DNA of 64,000 nucleotides from Bacteroidales bacterium (GTDB lineage: Bacteria > Bacteroidota > Bacteroidia > Bacteroidales > VadinHA17): NCBI GenBank assembly GCA_038252165.1, contig JBBSAP010000005.1, positions 61-64,060 on the forward strand. Direction: 5' to 3'. This document shows, piece after piece, positions 37,960 to 47,965 of this stretch (position 1 is the stretch's first letter; each line of letters starts with the position of its first letter). The notes beneath the pieces were generated by a model that made no database searches, was not told the DNA's origin, and worked only from the letters and a program-made list of their open reading frames with translations. The translations under genes and the position numbers were made by a program.

Positions 37960-39369
37960 ATGTCGCGTGATATAGTAATTGTATTTGATTGCGGAGCAAC
38001 TAATGTAAGGGCCATTGCCATTAACAGCAGGGGCGAGATCCTTGCTTCCGGGTCTTCCACAAATAACCCGCAGCCCGATCCTTTTTATCCTGAATACAGG
38101 ATATGGGATACCAGGGAAATATGGGATAAAATGTGCCTGTTGTCGCGCAAAGTAATCAGCCGGATCGACCCTTCACAGATATTGGGTGTTACAGTCACTA
38201 CCTTTGGTGTCGACGGCACCCTGTTCGATAAGCACGGACAAATGCTTTATCCTGTAATATCATGGCAATGTGAAAGGACAAAGCAGGTTATGGCTGATAT
38301 TGCCAAATATATTGCTCTGGAGGACTTGTATAAAGAGAATGGCGTTCTGCCTTATAATTTCAATACAATAAATAAGCTGATCTGGCTTAAAGAGAACAGG
38401 CCGGAGCTGATCGGAAAAAGCTTCAGGTTTCTTTTCATGCCTTCAATTTTCTCATTTTATCTGACCGGCGAAATGGTAAATGATATAACAATGGCCGGGA
38501 CATCGATGATGACAAGCCTTGCCTCGAGGCAATTTTCAGAGAATATTTTCAGAAGGACAGGATTACCTGAAGAGTTGATGGGATCGGTTGCAGAAGCCGG
38601 ATCGGTCTTTGGAGAAGTTACTTTAAAAGCGGCCGGAGAAACATCAATACCAATTCATACACCCGTCATCGCAACCGGACATGACACACAGTTTGCCATT
38701 TTCGGATCAGGTGCAGGGAAGAATCAACCGGTTTTGAGTTCAGGCACATGGGAAATATTTATGGTAAGAGCTGAAGACTATAAAACCGGAGCGGAACAGT
38801 TTGATCTTGGAATTACGACTGAACTGGATTCGAGGCCCGGCCTGTTCAATATCGGCAACCAGTGGATAGCTTCCGGAGTCATTGAATGGGCCCGGCGGAA
38901 CCTTTACAACGATATAAAGGATGACGTTTTTGAAAAAATGATCGCCGGCGCTGAACAGGTTCCTCCCGGCTGTAACGGGGTCAGGGTTATTCCAAAGTTT
39001 TACGAGGAGATGAGCGGCAAACCGGGAGGACAGATACTTGGACTTACAATGGAATCTACCAGGGATGAGATTTTCAGGGCAATCCTGGAGGCTTTGTCTG
39101 AAAGACTGGCTGAAGGGAAAAGAGCCCTTGAAAATGCAGGCGGATTCAAAGCTGACAGCATTTTATGTGTTGGCGGAGGGTCAAAAAACAGGCTCTGGAA
39201 CAAATTAAGAGCTCATTATACAGGTGTTCCGTTAAAAATCATCAGCCAGAAGGAAACAACTGTTCTCGGAGCTTCACTCTTCGTTCAGGCTGCATGCGGT
39301 AATTTTTCCTCACCCGAAGAGGCAAGAGGAGTCATTGATTATAAAAATGAAATAATAGAACCGGAATAG
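37960..39369 (+). CDS. fucK: L-fuculokinase (FGGY carbohydrate kinase)
   Basis: 469 aa. The N-terminus [23 protein letters not shown] parallels E. coli FucK ([23 protein letters not shown]). A second FGGY motif, CVGGGSKN, is present, and the gene is adjacent to fucI. Confidence 0.85.
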   Translation: [469 protein letters not shown]

Positions 39370-39457
39370 CCTCCCAGTAACCCCAAAGGTGGTAAAAAAG
39401 TAAGTTGCTATAAACATTATCAACATATAATCTGTTAGTTGTAAAAATAAATATAAA

Positions 39458-40312
39458 ATGGAGATTGCATATTTTAACGGAACATATATCCCTAAAGAGG
39501 AAGTCAGGATCAGTCCTGATGACCGTGGATTTCTTTTCGCAGAAGGCATTTATGAAGTTGTCAGGTGGTATAAAGGATTTTTCTATGATATGGATGGTCA
39601 TCTGGCAAGGATGAAAAGAAGTCTCAGGGAAACGCTTATTACGTGGCCCGAAGAGGATTCGTTTCCGGTTATAGCAAGAGAGCTTATCAGGTTGAATGAC
39701 CTAAAATTATCATCAGCCCTTATCTACCTTGAGGTTACAAGAGGTGAGGCAAAGCGGACTCACGCTTTCCCTTCTCCCATGGTAAGTCCGACAGTATATG
39801 CCTATGCAAGGGATTTTACCCCTGAAAATGATGGTAAGGAATCGGGAATTGGAATTATGCTTAAGGAAGATATCCGATGGAGCCGCTGTGATATTAAATC
39901 CGTGGCCCTTCTTCCAAATACTCTCTGCTTCCAGGAAGCTGTAGACAGGGGATTTTTTGAGTGTGCTTTTGTGAAGAATGGCATCATTACTGAATGTTCC
40001 CATTCAAATATTTTCTTTGTGATCAGGGGCATCCTTTACACACATCCCGAATCGGCCGCGATTCTGTCGGGCATTACCAGGAAAAATATAATTCGCGTAG
40101 CCAACAAGGCAGGGATTCTGGTAAAAGAAGAAGCTGTTGCTGAAAAAAAGCTGGGTAAGGTGCAGGAAATTTTTATTACAAACACATCAGGAGAGATCAC
40201 TCCGGTGATAAAAGTCGGTAATCTGGTTATAGGAGGTGGTTTACCAGGACCCGTAACCAGGATAATAAGGGAAAGATTCAACGATGAAATCTGCTCCCTG
40301 AAACATTCATGA
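39458..40312 (+). CDS. class IV aminotransferase (D-amino-acid / branched-chain family)
   Basis: 284 aa with DRGFLFAEGIYEV, a catalytic-lysine region (CDIKSVALL) and the ITRKNII motif. Confidence 0.8.
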   Translation: MEIAYFNGTYIPKEEVRISPDDRGFLFAEGIYEVVRWYKGFFYDMDGHLARMKRSLRETLITWPEEDSFPVIARELIRLNDLKLSSALIYLEVTRGEAKRTHAFPSPMVSPTVYAYARDFTPENDGKESGIGIMLKEDIRWSRCDIKSVALLPNTLCFQEAVDRGFFECAFVKNGIITECSHSNIFFVIRGILYTHPESAAILSGITRKNIIRVANKAGILVKEEAVAEKKLGKVQEIFITNTSGEITPVIKVGNLVIGGGLPGPVTRIIRERFNDEICSLKHS

Positions 40313-40341
40313 TCATCGTTCAAACGATGAGTGAATTTTAA

Positions 40342-40349
40342 TATATTTG
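40342..40349 (+). promoter_or_regulatory. candidate -7 box (TATATTTG) for lysS
   Basis: Exact fit to TAnnTTTG, 23 nt upstream of the ATG at 40373. It lies inside the GTG-initiated extension of the ORF track, which argues for the 40373 start. Confidence 0.55.
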
Positions 40350-40372
40350 CACAAATTTTAAACGACCGGCTT

Positions 40373-42097
40373 ATGATTTTAAGTGAACAGGAGCAGATAC
40401 GAAGGGATGCCCTGGCAGAGCTCAGAAAACTTGGTATTGATCCATATCCAGCCGCTGAATACAAAACAAATGTATTGGCCGGCGAAATCCTGAAAAATTA
40501 TGATCAGACAAAGAATAATTACCAGGATGTATGCCTTGCAGGCCGCATAATGAGCCGTCGGATCATGGGTAATGCCTCCTTCGCAGAATTGATGGATTCC
40601 TCAGGCAGGATCCAGTTCTATGTAAGAAGGGATGATATATGCCAGGGCGAGGATAAAACTCTCTACAATACCGTGTTTAAACATCTGCTGGATATAGGAG
40701 ATATTATCGGGATAAAAGGGAACATGTTCACAACCCAGACCGGTGAAATGACTGTACATGTGAATGAGTTCACGTTGCTTTCCAAATCAATAAGACCTCT
40801 TCCTATCGTAAAGGAAAAGGACGGCGTCGTTTTTGATGCGGTTACAGATCCGGAAATGCGTTATCGTCAACGCTATGTTGATCTTATTGTGAATCCCCAG
40901 GTACGTGATGTCTTCCGGAAACGAACTCAGATCATTCAATCGATGAGGGAATTATTCAATTCGCGTGGGTATCTTGAAGTGGAAACTCCTATCCTTCAGC
41001 CAATTCCGGGTGGAGCTTCAGCCCGCCCGTTTATAACTCATCATAACGCTCTCGATATTCCTCTTTACCTGAGGATTGCAGATGAACTATACCTTAAAAG
41101 GCTCATAGTAGGCGGATTTGAAGGTGTATATGAGTTTGCAAAGGATTTCCGTAATGAAGGGATGGACCGCACACACAATCCTGAGTTTACAGTAATGGAG
41201 ATCTATATTGCCTACAAAGACTATAACTGGATGATGAAATTTACCGAAGAGATAGTCTCAAAGGCAGCGATGGATCTCCATGGCAAAACGGAAATTCCTT
41301 ATGGTGATAAAGTAATCGACCTTAACCCTCCCTATAAGAGGATCAGCATGCTTGACGCAATAAAGGAAAACACGGGAATTGATATTTCAGGAGTGGATGA
41401 GGGATCACTCAGAAAAGTCTGTGATAAGCTTGATATTCCACATTCGCCTGAGATGGGGAAAGGGAAACTTATTGATACACTTTTCAGTGAGAAATGTGAA
41501 CACAATTATATTCAGCCGACTTTCATAATTGATTATCCGGCAGAAACATCTCCGCTGACGAAAATGCATCGCAGCAAGCCGGGTCTGGTTGAAAGATTCG
41601 AGCTTATGATAAATGGCAAGGAGATAGCCAATGCCTATTCCGAGCTGAATGACCCGGTTGATCAGATGGAGCGGTTCATGGATCAGCTGAAGTTATCTGA
41701 AAAAGGGGATGACGAAGCGATGTTTATAGACCTCGATTTCGTCAGGGCTCTCGAATATGGGATGCCTCCAACTTCAGGAATGGGAATAGGAATCGACAGG
41801 CTGACAATGCTGCTTACAAATCAGCCATCAATCCAGGATGTACTGCTTTTCCCGCAGATGAGACCAGTGAGCCAAAAGCTAAAAGTCGAAAGTCCAAAGG
41901 AAGAGTACCTTGAAATGGGTATTCCTGAAGAGTGGATCGAGCCTGTTAAGAAACTTGGATTTACAACTGTGGCAAAACTTAAGGAAGTTGAAAAAGCAGG
42001 GAAGCTTGCCAACGACCTGAACGGTTTCAACAAGAAAAACAAGCTTGGGCTGGCGGGCTTAAGTCCTCAGACTGTTGAAGAGTGGCTGAAGAAGTAA
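40373..42097 (+). CDS. lysS: lysine--tRNA ligase (class II) with a ~75-aa C-terminal extension
   Basis: Contains an OB-fold anticodon-binding region ([29 protein letters not shown]) and class II motifs ([34 protein letters not shown]). The start is moved from GTG 40331 to ATG 40373. Confidence 0.93.
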   Translation: MILSEQEQIRRDALAELRKLGIDPYPAAEYKTNVLAGEILKNYDQTKNNYQDVCLAGRIMSRRIMGNASFAELMDSSGRIQFYVRRDDICQGEDKTLYNTVFKHLLDIGDIIGIKGNMFTTQTGEMTVHVNEFTLLSKSIRPLPIVKEKDGVVFDAVTDPEMRYRQRYVDLIVNPQVRDVFRKRTQIIQSMRELFNSRGYLEVETPILQPIPGGASARPFITHHNALDIPLYLRIADELYLKRLIVGGFEGVYEFAKDFRNEGMDRTHNPEFTVMEIYIAYKDYNWMMKFTEEIVSKAAMDLHGKTEIPYGDKVIDLNPPYKRISMLDAIKENTGIDISGVDEGSLRKVCDKLDIPHSPEMGKGKLIDTLFSEKCEHNYIQPTFIIDYPAETSPLTKMHRSKPGLVERFELMINGKEIANAYSELNDPVDQMERFMDQLKLSEKGDDEAMFIDLDFVRALEYGMPPTSGMGIGIDRLTMLLTNQPSIQDVLLFPQMRPVSQKLKVESPKEEYLEMGIPEEWIEPVKKLGFTTVAKLKEVEKAGKLANDLNGFNKKNKLGLAGLSPQTVEEWLKK

Positions 42098-42189
42098 ATA
42101 GTACGGTTAGCGCTTAGATCAGAACCATCTGCAAGCATTATGATATCATATTTCTCCTGTTGATTGAGCGGGACGAGCTCACCGAAGGT

Positions 42190-42229
42190 AATCTCATACT
42201 CGTTTTATTAGTTTTCCCGGACAATAGTG
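42190..42229. repeat. 40-bp repeat module, copy B (inverted relative to 8250-8289)
   Basis: AATCTCATACTCGTTTTATTAGTTTTCCCGGACAATAGTG is the perfect reverse complement of 8250-8289. Homology ends sharply at the CAATAGTG end. Confidence 0.85.
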
Positions 42230-42387
42230 TTATTATTCAGTTAAATTTGCAATATCTGTCAAAAATTAAAACCTGCAGATACATTAAGAATGTGAAATAA
42301 AAAGTAATGATTGGCGTTTTTCAGTTAAGGAAAGGTGAACAAAATAATCCGTCTTAGGTTAATTCATTATTTATGGTACGATCCGGA

Positions 42388-43344
42388 ATGTCATTTTTTA
42401 AAAAACTATCTCTGTTTTTTCTTATTTTGTTTTGCTTTTATCCGTCCTTCGGACAGCAAATACCTTTTAATCCCATTTCTTACAGGATATACACCCCATT
42501 TATTATTAATCCTGCAATTGCCGGAAGCAAGGATTACTTTTCCCTGGATATGATTGCCGGATTCAATGGGAAATCATATTCACAGATTTTAAGCGGAAAT
42601 ACAAGAATATCTAAAAAAGTGCTTGGCTATCTTCCTTCAGGCAAAACATATAAGTATACAAATCTTGGTGTAGGGTTTTCAGGTTATAATGATTATAAGA
42701 CCAGCGATTCGACACACAATTCAGGAGTAAGTGCTGCAGTTGCTTATCATATACCTCTCAGTAAAAAGGCATTGTCGTTCCTTTCGATCGGCGCTTCGGC
42801 GAAGGGAATGTACCATTTTTATGAGGGTAACGCTGATAAAGGAATGCCCTATAAGGAATTTTATTTTCCGAATTTAGATGTCGGCCTTTACCTTTACAAT
42901 CCCAAAGCATATGCAGGCGTTTCTGCAACAAACCTGCTCGCTCCGCCTCTGGATACTGCCACCCTTACAAATTATGCCATTCCTCTTGGCAGGCGGTATA
43001 ATTTTATTGCAGGATACAAAATTGTACTAAGCCGCTCCCTGAACATTGTCCTGGAGCCATCCATATTAATCCATACCGACGATTCGCTTTCGTTTGATAT
43101 AAAGGAAAGTATTGAGCCTGCTCTTAAATTATATGCCGGTGATTTCTGCCTTGGAACGTATTTCAACGATTACAGTAAAATCTCTTTCTTCTTCCAGTAC
43201 AGGTATCCGTCATTTTATATCGGCACTTATTTTGCGTTACCCAAAGATTCACCATTCTTTAAAAAGGCATTAACTTCAGAAATTGCTTTTGGTATCAATT
43301 TTTCTCATAATAAATCGGGCTACACTAAAAACGGGCACTGGTAA
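42388..43344 (+). CDS. PorP/SprF-family type IX secretion system membrane protein
   Basis: Signal peptide MSFFKKLSLFFLILFCFYPSFGQQ is followed by IPFNPISYRIYTPFIINPAIAGS, which matches the family's conserved N-terminal QQ..F..Y..NPAxAG motif. The product is a ~300-aa beta-barrel-like protein. Confidence 0.8.
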   Translation: MSFFKKLSLFFLILFCFYPSFGQQIPFNPISYRIYTPFIINPAIAGSKDYFSLDMIAGFNGKSYSQILSGNTRISKKVLGYLPSGKTYKYTNLGVGFSGYNDYKTSDSTHNSGVSAAVAYHIPLSKKALSFLSIGASAKGMYHFYEGNADKGMPYKEFYFPNLDVGLYLYNPKAYAGVSATNLLAPPLDTATLTNYAIPLGRRYNFIAGYKIVLSRSLNIVLEPSILIHTDDSLSFDIKESIEPALKLYAGDFCLGTYFNDYSKISFFFQYRYPSFYIGTYFALPKDSPFFKKALTSEIAFGINFSHNKSGYTKNGHW

Positions 43345-43362
43345 ATATTTTTCATCAAAAAT

Positions 43363-44712
43363 ATGAAAAGAATACTCGGAATATTTATGTTTTCAGCTGC
43401 AGTAACCATTGCGGCTAATGGCTCTGTGACCGGAATCATGGTTCAGAATTCAGATACTCTCAATATAAATAAATTCTTAAAAGTGTACAAATTCGGTCTG
43501 GAGATCCTGTCCCCTTCTTCAGGTGTTCAGTTTTACCGCGATGGAATAGTATTTCTTTTCCAGACTAAAAGCGAGGCAAAAATGCTGGAAAGCCACACCT
43601 CATTCGGTGCAACCGAAGCTTACTATGGAGTTCTGAAAGACACTTCTGTAAGCAATCAAATCCTGTTTTCTCAATCTTTTTCCTGGACAGTTCCATGCGA
43701 AGCTATGACTTTTAACAGCGATTATTCGATAATGTATTACACAAAGCGGCCTTCAAACAAGGAACCTGAAAAGATATTTCAGGCCAGGTACCAGCTGGCT
43801 AAAAACGGGAAGCGTGAATGGATAAGCGACAGTAACCCTTTAAGCTTTTGTACAGATAAATCAGTTTATTCTCACCCGGCATTGTCAGCAAACGGTGAGA
43901 AGATGGTTTTTACAAGCAACCGAAGCGAAAGTATCGGAGGACTTGATCTGTTTATTTCGAACAAAGAGGCCAGCGGGTGGTCATCACCAACTAATCTTGG
44001 AAATTTAATAAATACCCGCGGCAATGAGTTATCGCCTTATCTCGATCAGGATAATAATTTGTTCTTCTCCTCCGACGGTATTGAAGGTTTTGGTGGATAT
44101 GATATTTATGTTTGCAGATATAATGGCCGGGGATGGGAGAAGCCTGCAAATCTTACAAAAATGATCAACACTAAGGATGATGAACTTGCTTTTACACTAA
44201 GCAGGCCCGACGGAAAATCGGCATTCTTTACAACAAGGTATAAGGCAGGTAACAGACCACCACAGTTGTTCAGGATTGCTTTCCGGGATCAGTATGCGCT
44301 TAAGGAAATGACAAATCTGTCGGATGCGTTCAAGTATATTGCCCATGCAGAATTGAAACCCGTGACTGAACCTGCTCAGCCACAGAAACTTCCTGAGGTC
44401 AAAAAACAGGAACCTGTTAAAACTGCCGTTAAAAAGGCTGCATCTTCAACCGGTAATATTGTTTTCCGCGTTCAGTTTTCGTCCAACACAAAATCAAAAG
44501 GAAGCTACGAGATAACCATCGGAGGGAAGAAATATAAAACTTTCGAGTATCTGTATAACGGGGCTTACAGGTCATGTGCCGGTGAATTCAGCACATCTGC
44601 ATCAGCGCATGGCCTCCAGAAGCAGTTAAAACAGGAGGGTTTTCAGGATGCATTCGTTATTGCTACAAAAGGTAAAGAAAGGGCAACTGATCCTGCCCTG
44701 TTTAAAAAATAA
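43363..44712 (+). CDS. secreted PD40/TolB-like beta-propeller protein with a C-terminal SPOR domain
   Basis: It has a signal peptide and PD40-like repeats (SHPALSANGEKMVFTSNR, GNELSPYLDQDNNLFFSSD, DDELAFTLSRPDGKSAFFTT). A Pro/Lys-rich linker follows. The SPOR-like C-terminus is VFRVQFSS...YRSCAGEFSTSASAHGLQKQLKQEGFQDAFVIA. Confidence 0.7.
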   Translation: MKRILGIFMFSAAVTIAANGSVTGIMVQNSDTLNINKFLKVYKFGLEILSPSSGVQFYRDGIVFLFQTKSEAKMLESHTSFGATEAYYGVLKDTSVSNQILFSQSFSWTVPCEAMTFNSDYSIMYYTKRPSNKEPEKIFQARYQLAKNGKREWISDSNPLSFCTDKSVYSHPALSANGEKMVFTSNRSESIGGLDLFISNKEASGWSSPTNLGNLINTRGNELSPYLDQDNNLFFSSDGIEGFGGYDIYVCRYNGRGWEKPANLTKMINTKDDELAFTLSRPDGKSAFFTTRYKAGNRPPQLFRIAFRDQYALKEMTNLSDAFKYIAHAELKPVTEPAQPQKLPEVKKQEPVKTAVKKAASSTGNIVFRVQFSSNTKSKGSYEITIGGKKYKTFEYLYNGAYRSCAGEFSTSASAHGLQKQLKQEGFQDAFVIATKGKERATDPALFKK

Positions 44713-47700
44713 TTACCAGGATGAGATCTCTTTTATTATAAGGAAGCTGGAATTCTTTACTCTTTTGCTTTTGTCAAATATTGAGAGTATTTTCTGTAAA
44801 ATGCTAAAATATAGAGCTATATAAAGCAAGAAAGATACAAACCAGATAACTGCCAGATTAAACCAGAAAGTAGGGATCTTTAAATTCCCAATCATCTTAA
44901 AAGGAGCACAAAAATGAGCCCTGCCGTTTTTTGCTCCTGGTGGCATAAAGACAGGCTCATATTTCCGGATTATGCGTTTTGTCTTTTCAACTGACTGATC
45001 CTGTTGATCGCCGTTCAGAACAAAAGTAGCCAATCCCTTATTGTAGTAATCAATCCTGAGACGATCAAGTTTTTCGCTGTCAATTCTGTTATTGGCAATT
45101 ACTCCATACAGCGAATCTTTTGAATGGAGTGCGCTTTTATAGTTTGATCTGAATTCCTGTTCCAGGAAAGCCAGGTATTTTCCGATCAGATTGAATGCTG
45201 AAGAATCGGGTCTTTCCGATTCAAAAAGCTTATAAAATCCATCTGGCAGCTCATAATTGAGTACATCAAACATCTCTGAAATGTTAACCTTTAATTTTAT
45301 CAGATCATTTTTAACTGTATCATTGATGGTCTTTGCCTTCTCACATACTTGAAGATCTCCTTTCAGGCTGTTCACAAGAAATCCGGCATACCAGTTATTA
45401 TTGCTTAATTCCACATCATAAGGGAAGAATAACCTTTCGTATCTGTTATTTTTAAACTGCTCAACGGCAAGAGCCTCATATGACCATCGGGCCGGCATAA
45501 ATTCTCCGATAAAAGGGACATATTCATATGAAGATGCCCTTTTGCTTGTGTGAAGCTTTTCATATTTCACAAGGACACCGCTGAACAGTAGCTGCGGAAT
45601 TATAATAAATGGGATCAGAATATAAATTGTTATGACCGAATTCAGGGCTGAAGAAAGGTTCAGTCCTATCATATTGGCACAGCAGGATGTTGTGAAAAGG
45701 ACCAGCCAGTAATGAAACGTAAGTCCTTTTATTTCAAGAATTGAGTTTCCCACAAGAATGAATGAAATCGTCTGAATTGCAGAAATCAAAAACATCAGAA
45801 CTATCTTGGAATTGATATAGCTCAGCCAGCTCAGGTTAAGAAATGATTCCCGTTTGAGTATCTTCCTGTCTTTCAGTATTTCTTCCGAACTGATAATAAG
45901 ACCCAGGAAGAGGGCTGTAATTATGCACATAAAAATATAGGCTGTCAGGTTGTCATTATCAATGAATCTGTAGGAATCGCCTTTTGAATATTTGGTAAAA
46001 TATCCCAGTAAAAAGGCAAGCGATGGGGCTCCAAGCATGCTTATGAGAATATATTGTCTGTTGGCAAACTTCGCTAACAAGTCCCTTGTGAAAAATATTC
46101 CCATTTGCTTCAGCCGTCCCGGTATACTGTAAATAATTTCAGGCAGTTTCTTTTGCCTTATATGTTCGATCCCCTTCTTATCCTTGTATTTCTGTCGAAA
46201 CAAGGCTGACCATTCTTCCGGAGCGGTTTTCCTGGTCTGTGTCAGCTTGCCATGCTCATTAACTATTTTTGCCTCGACTATCTGCAAAACCTGATCGGGA
46301 TTTATGTTTCCGCATTTGGCGCATTGATCTTCCTCCGGATTTGCCTGTTTGCTCAGGGTTTTGAAATGAACAACCGCAGCATTTGGGTTGCCGTAGAATA
46401 TCTGGTACCCTCCCTTATCAAGAATGATTATTTTATCAAATAATTTAAAAATGTCGGAGCCTGGCTGATGAATATTGACCACTACCAGCTTTCCTTTGTA
46501 GGTCTGTTCCTTAAGCAGATTGATAACTATTTCTGAATCGACCGATGAGAGACCTGACGTGGGTTCATCAACAAAAAGGATATATGGTTCACGCACCAGT
46601 TCAAGAGCGATATTGATCCTTTTTCTCTGACCGCCGCTTATAACTTTATCAAGAGGATTGCCTACCTTCAGATCCCTGATCTCCCACAGTTCCAGATCGA
46701 CCATTATCCTGCACACAATCTTTCTGATCTTTTTCAGGGGGAAATTACTAAGGCATAACCTGGCATTGTAATAGAGGTTTTGATAAACTGTAAGCTCCTC
46801 TATCAGAAGATCATCCTGCGGGATATATCCGATAATACCTTTAAGTCTGGTTTTATTCCTGACATTATTGATATCGTATCCGTTTATCAGGATGTTTCCG
46901 CTCTTAGGTTTAATATTACCATTCAGGATGTTAAGCAATGTTGACTTTCCGGTTCCGCTGACTCCCAGAATTCCAACCAGTTGACCAGACTCCCCGGAAA
47001 AATCAAAACCCTGAATACCGTTTTCACTGTTTGAGAAACGGAAGGTCACATCATTGGCAGTAAGGTAAATCTTAGACTCTGATCCGGACTCATTAAAGAA
47101 ACCGCTGACTTCTGAATAATAGAAGGTATTCAATCCCTGTCCCTTTATTGTTGATCCGTTATCAAATAAATATGATTGCTTCGGAAAGATGTGCTGACCG
47201 TCGAGGTAAAGATTTGTGTCGCCAGTATATCTTAAAATAAATGCTTTTGTGCTTGAAATACTAAGGAACATTAACTCGCCAGCCAGATTTGGATTATATA
47301 TATGTTTAATTTTACGGAACTTGCATACCGGATTACTGTTAACAAGAAGAAGTCTATCTTTTTCGTGAACTTTGGAAACAGGATCAATAATGAAGCTTTT
47401 TATGTTCTTATACTCATTCTCCGGAATGTTGAGGGCTAAGGCAACGGTCATAAGGAAATCCAGTTCATTTTCAGTAATTTCCTTCCCGTATGAGATAAAA
47501 TCAATAAGCTGAATTATTATATAGATCTTCTGCTTCTGGCGGAGTTCATTGTTAATCCGTTCACAGATCCGCTTTATTCGTATTATCTTAAGGGCCTGGA
47601 TCTCAATATCTCCCGAAGGCTCCTTAATTGCTTCCCTGTTTATGAATAAATCAAGGTATTCGTCAAAGATCCTGATATACTTTTCTATCAGTTCGCTGTT

Positions 47701-47823
47701 CAGATGACGTGCCAGAAATGATTTTACAACATCCTTTTCCCTGGTTGATATTTCATTTATGTTATCAATATCACTGACCAGGGCAAATAGCTGCATTAAG
47801 ACTCGCAGGATAGGCTCACTCAT
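44713..47823 (-). CDS. ABC transporter fusion protein (N-terminal accessory modules, then ATPase, then ABC-2-type permease)
   Basis: 1036 aa. The ATPase has Walker A GILGVSGTGKST, signature ISGGQRKRINIAL and Walker B ILFVDEPTSGLS. Multiple TM helices follow, with a large insert between the last helices. The N-terminal ~280 aa (a helical TerB-like segment, then a possible FHA-like beta segment) is only tentatively assigned. Confidence 0.8.
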   Translation of the reverse strand: MSEPILRVLMQLFALVSDIDNINEISTREKDVVKSFLARHLNSELIEKYIRIFDEYLDLFINREAIKEPSGDIEIQALKIIRIKRICERINNELRQKQKIYIIIQLIDFISYGKEITENELDFLMTVALALNIPENEYKNIKSFIIDPVSKVHEKDRLLLVNSNPVCKFRKIKHIYNPNLAGELMFLSISSTKAFILRYTGDTNLYLDGQHIFPKQSYLFDNGSTIKGQGLNTFYYSEVSGFFNESGSESKIYLTANDVTFRFSNSENGIQGFDFSGESGQLVGILGVSGTGKSTLLNILNGNIKPKSGNILINGYDINNVRNKTRLKGIIGYIPQDDLLIEELTVYQNLYYNARLCLSNFPLKKIRKIVCRIMVDLELWEIRDLKVGNPLDKVISGGQRKRINIALELVREPYILFVDEPTSGLSSVDSEIVINLLKEQTYKGKLVVVNIHQPGSDIFKLFDKIIILDKGGYQIFYGNPNAAVVHFKTLSKQANPEEDQCAKCGNINPDQVLQIVEAKIVNEHGKLTQTRKTAPEEWSALFRQKYKDKKGIEHIRQKKLPEIIYSIPGRLKQMGIFFTRDLLAKFANRQYILISMLGAPSLAFLLGYFTKYSKGDSYRFIDNDNLTAYIFMCIITALFLGLIISSEEILKDRKILKRESFLNLSWLSYINSKIVLMFLISAIQTISFILVGNSILEIKGLTFHYWLVLFTTSCCANMIGLNLSSALNSVITIYILIPFIIIPQLLFSGVLVKYEKLHTSKRASSYEYVPFIGEFMPARWSYEALAVEQFKNNRYERLFFPYDVELSNNNWYAGFLVNSLKGDLQVCEKAKTINDTVKNDLIKLKVNISEMFDVLNYELPDGFYKLFESERPDSSAFNLIGKYLAFLEQEFRSNYKSALHSKDSLYGVIANNRIDSEKLDRLRIDYYNKGLATFVLNGDQQDQSVEKTKRIIRKYEPVFMPPGAKNGRAHFCAPFKMIGNLKIPTFWFNLAVIWFVSFLLYIALYFSILQKILSIFDKSKRVKNSSFLIIKEISSW

Positions 47824-47930
47824 AAACAGGTTTTATTAAAAGGGGAAAGTCCGGTTTATTTGAGACAAGTTAAACAAAAATCTATTTCCATCATACTGAA
47901 TAATTGAGTTTCCTGATTTAAATTTCAGGT

Positions 47931-47938
47931 TATATTTG
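47931..47938 (+). promoter_or_regulatory. candidate -7 box (TATATTTG) for upp
   Basis: Exact fit to TAnnTTTG, 27 nt upstream of the upp ATG at 47966. Confidence 0.55.
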
Positions 47939-47965
47939 TTAATTAATTAACAATATCCAAGTCAG

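Noticed and set aside
40331-40372. GTG-initiated 14-codon extension of lysS.
   Set aside because: It contains the candidate TATATTTG promoter box. The ATG at 40373 gives a typical LysRS N-terminus.
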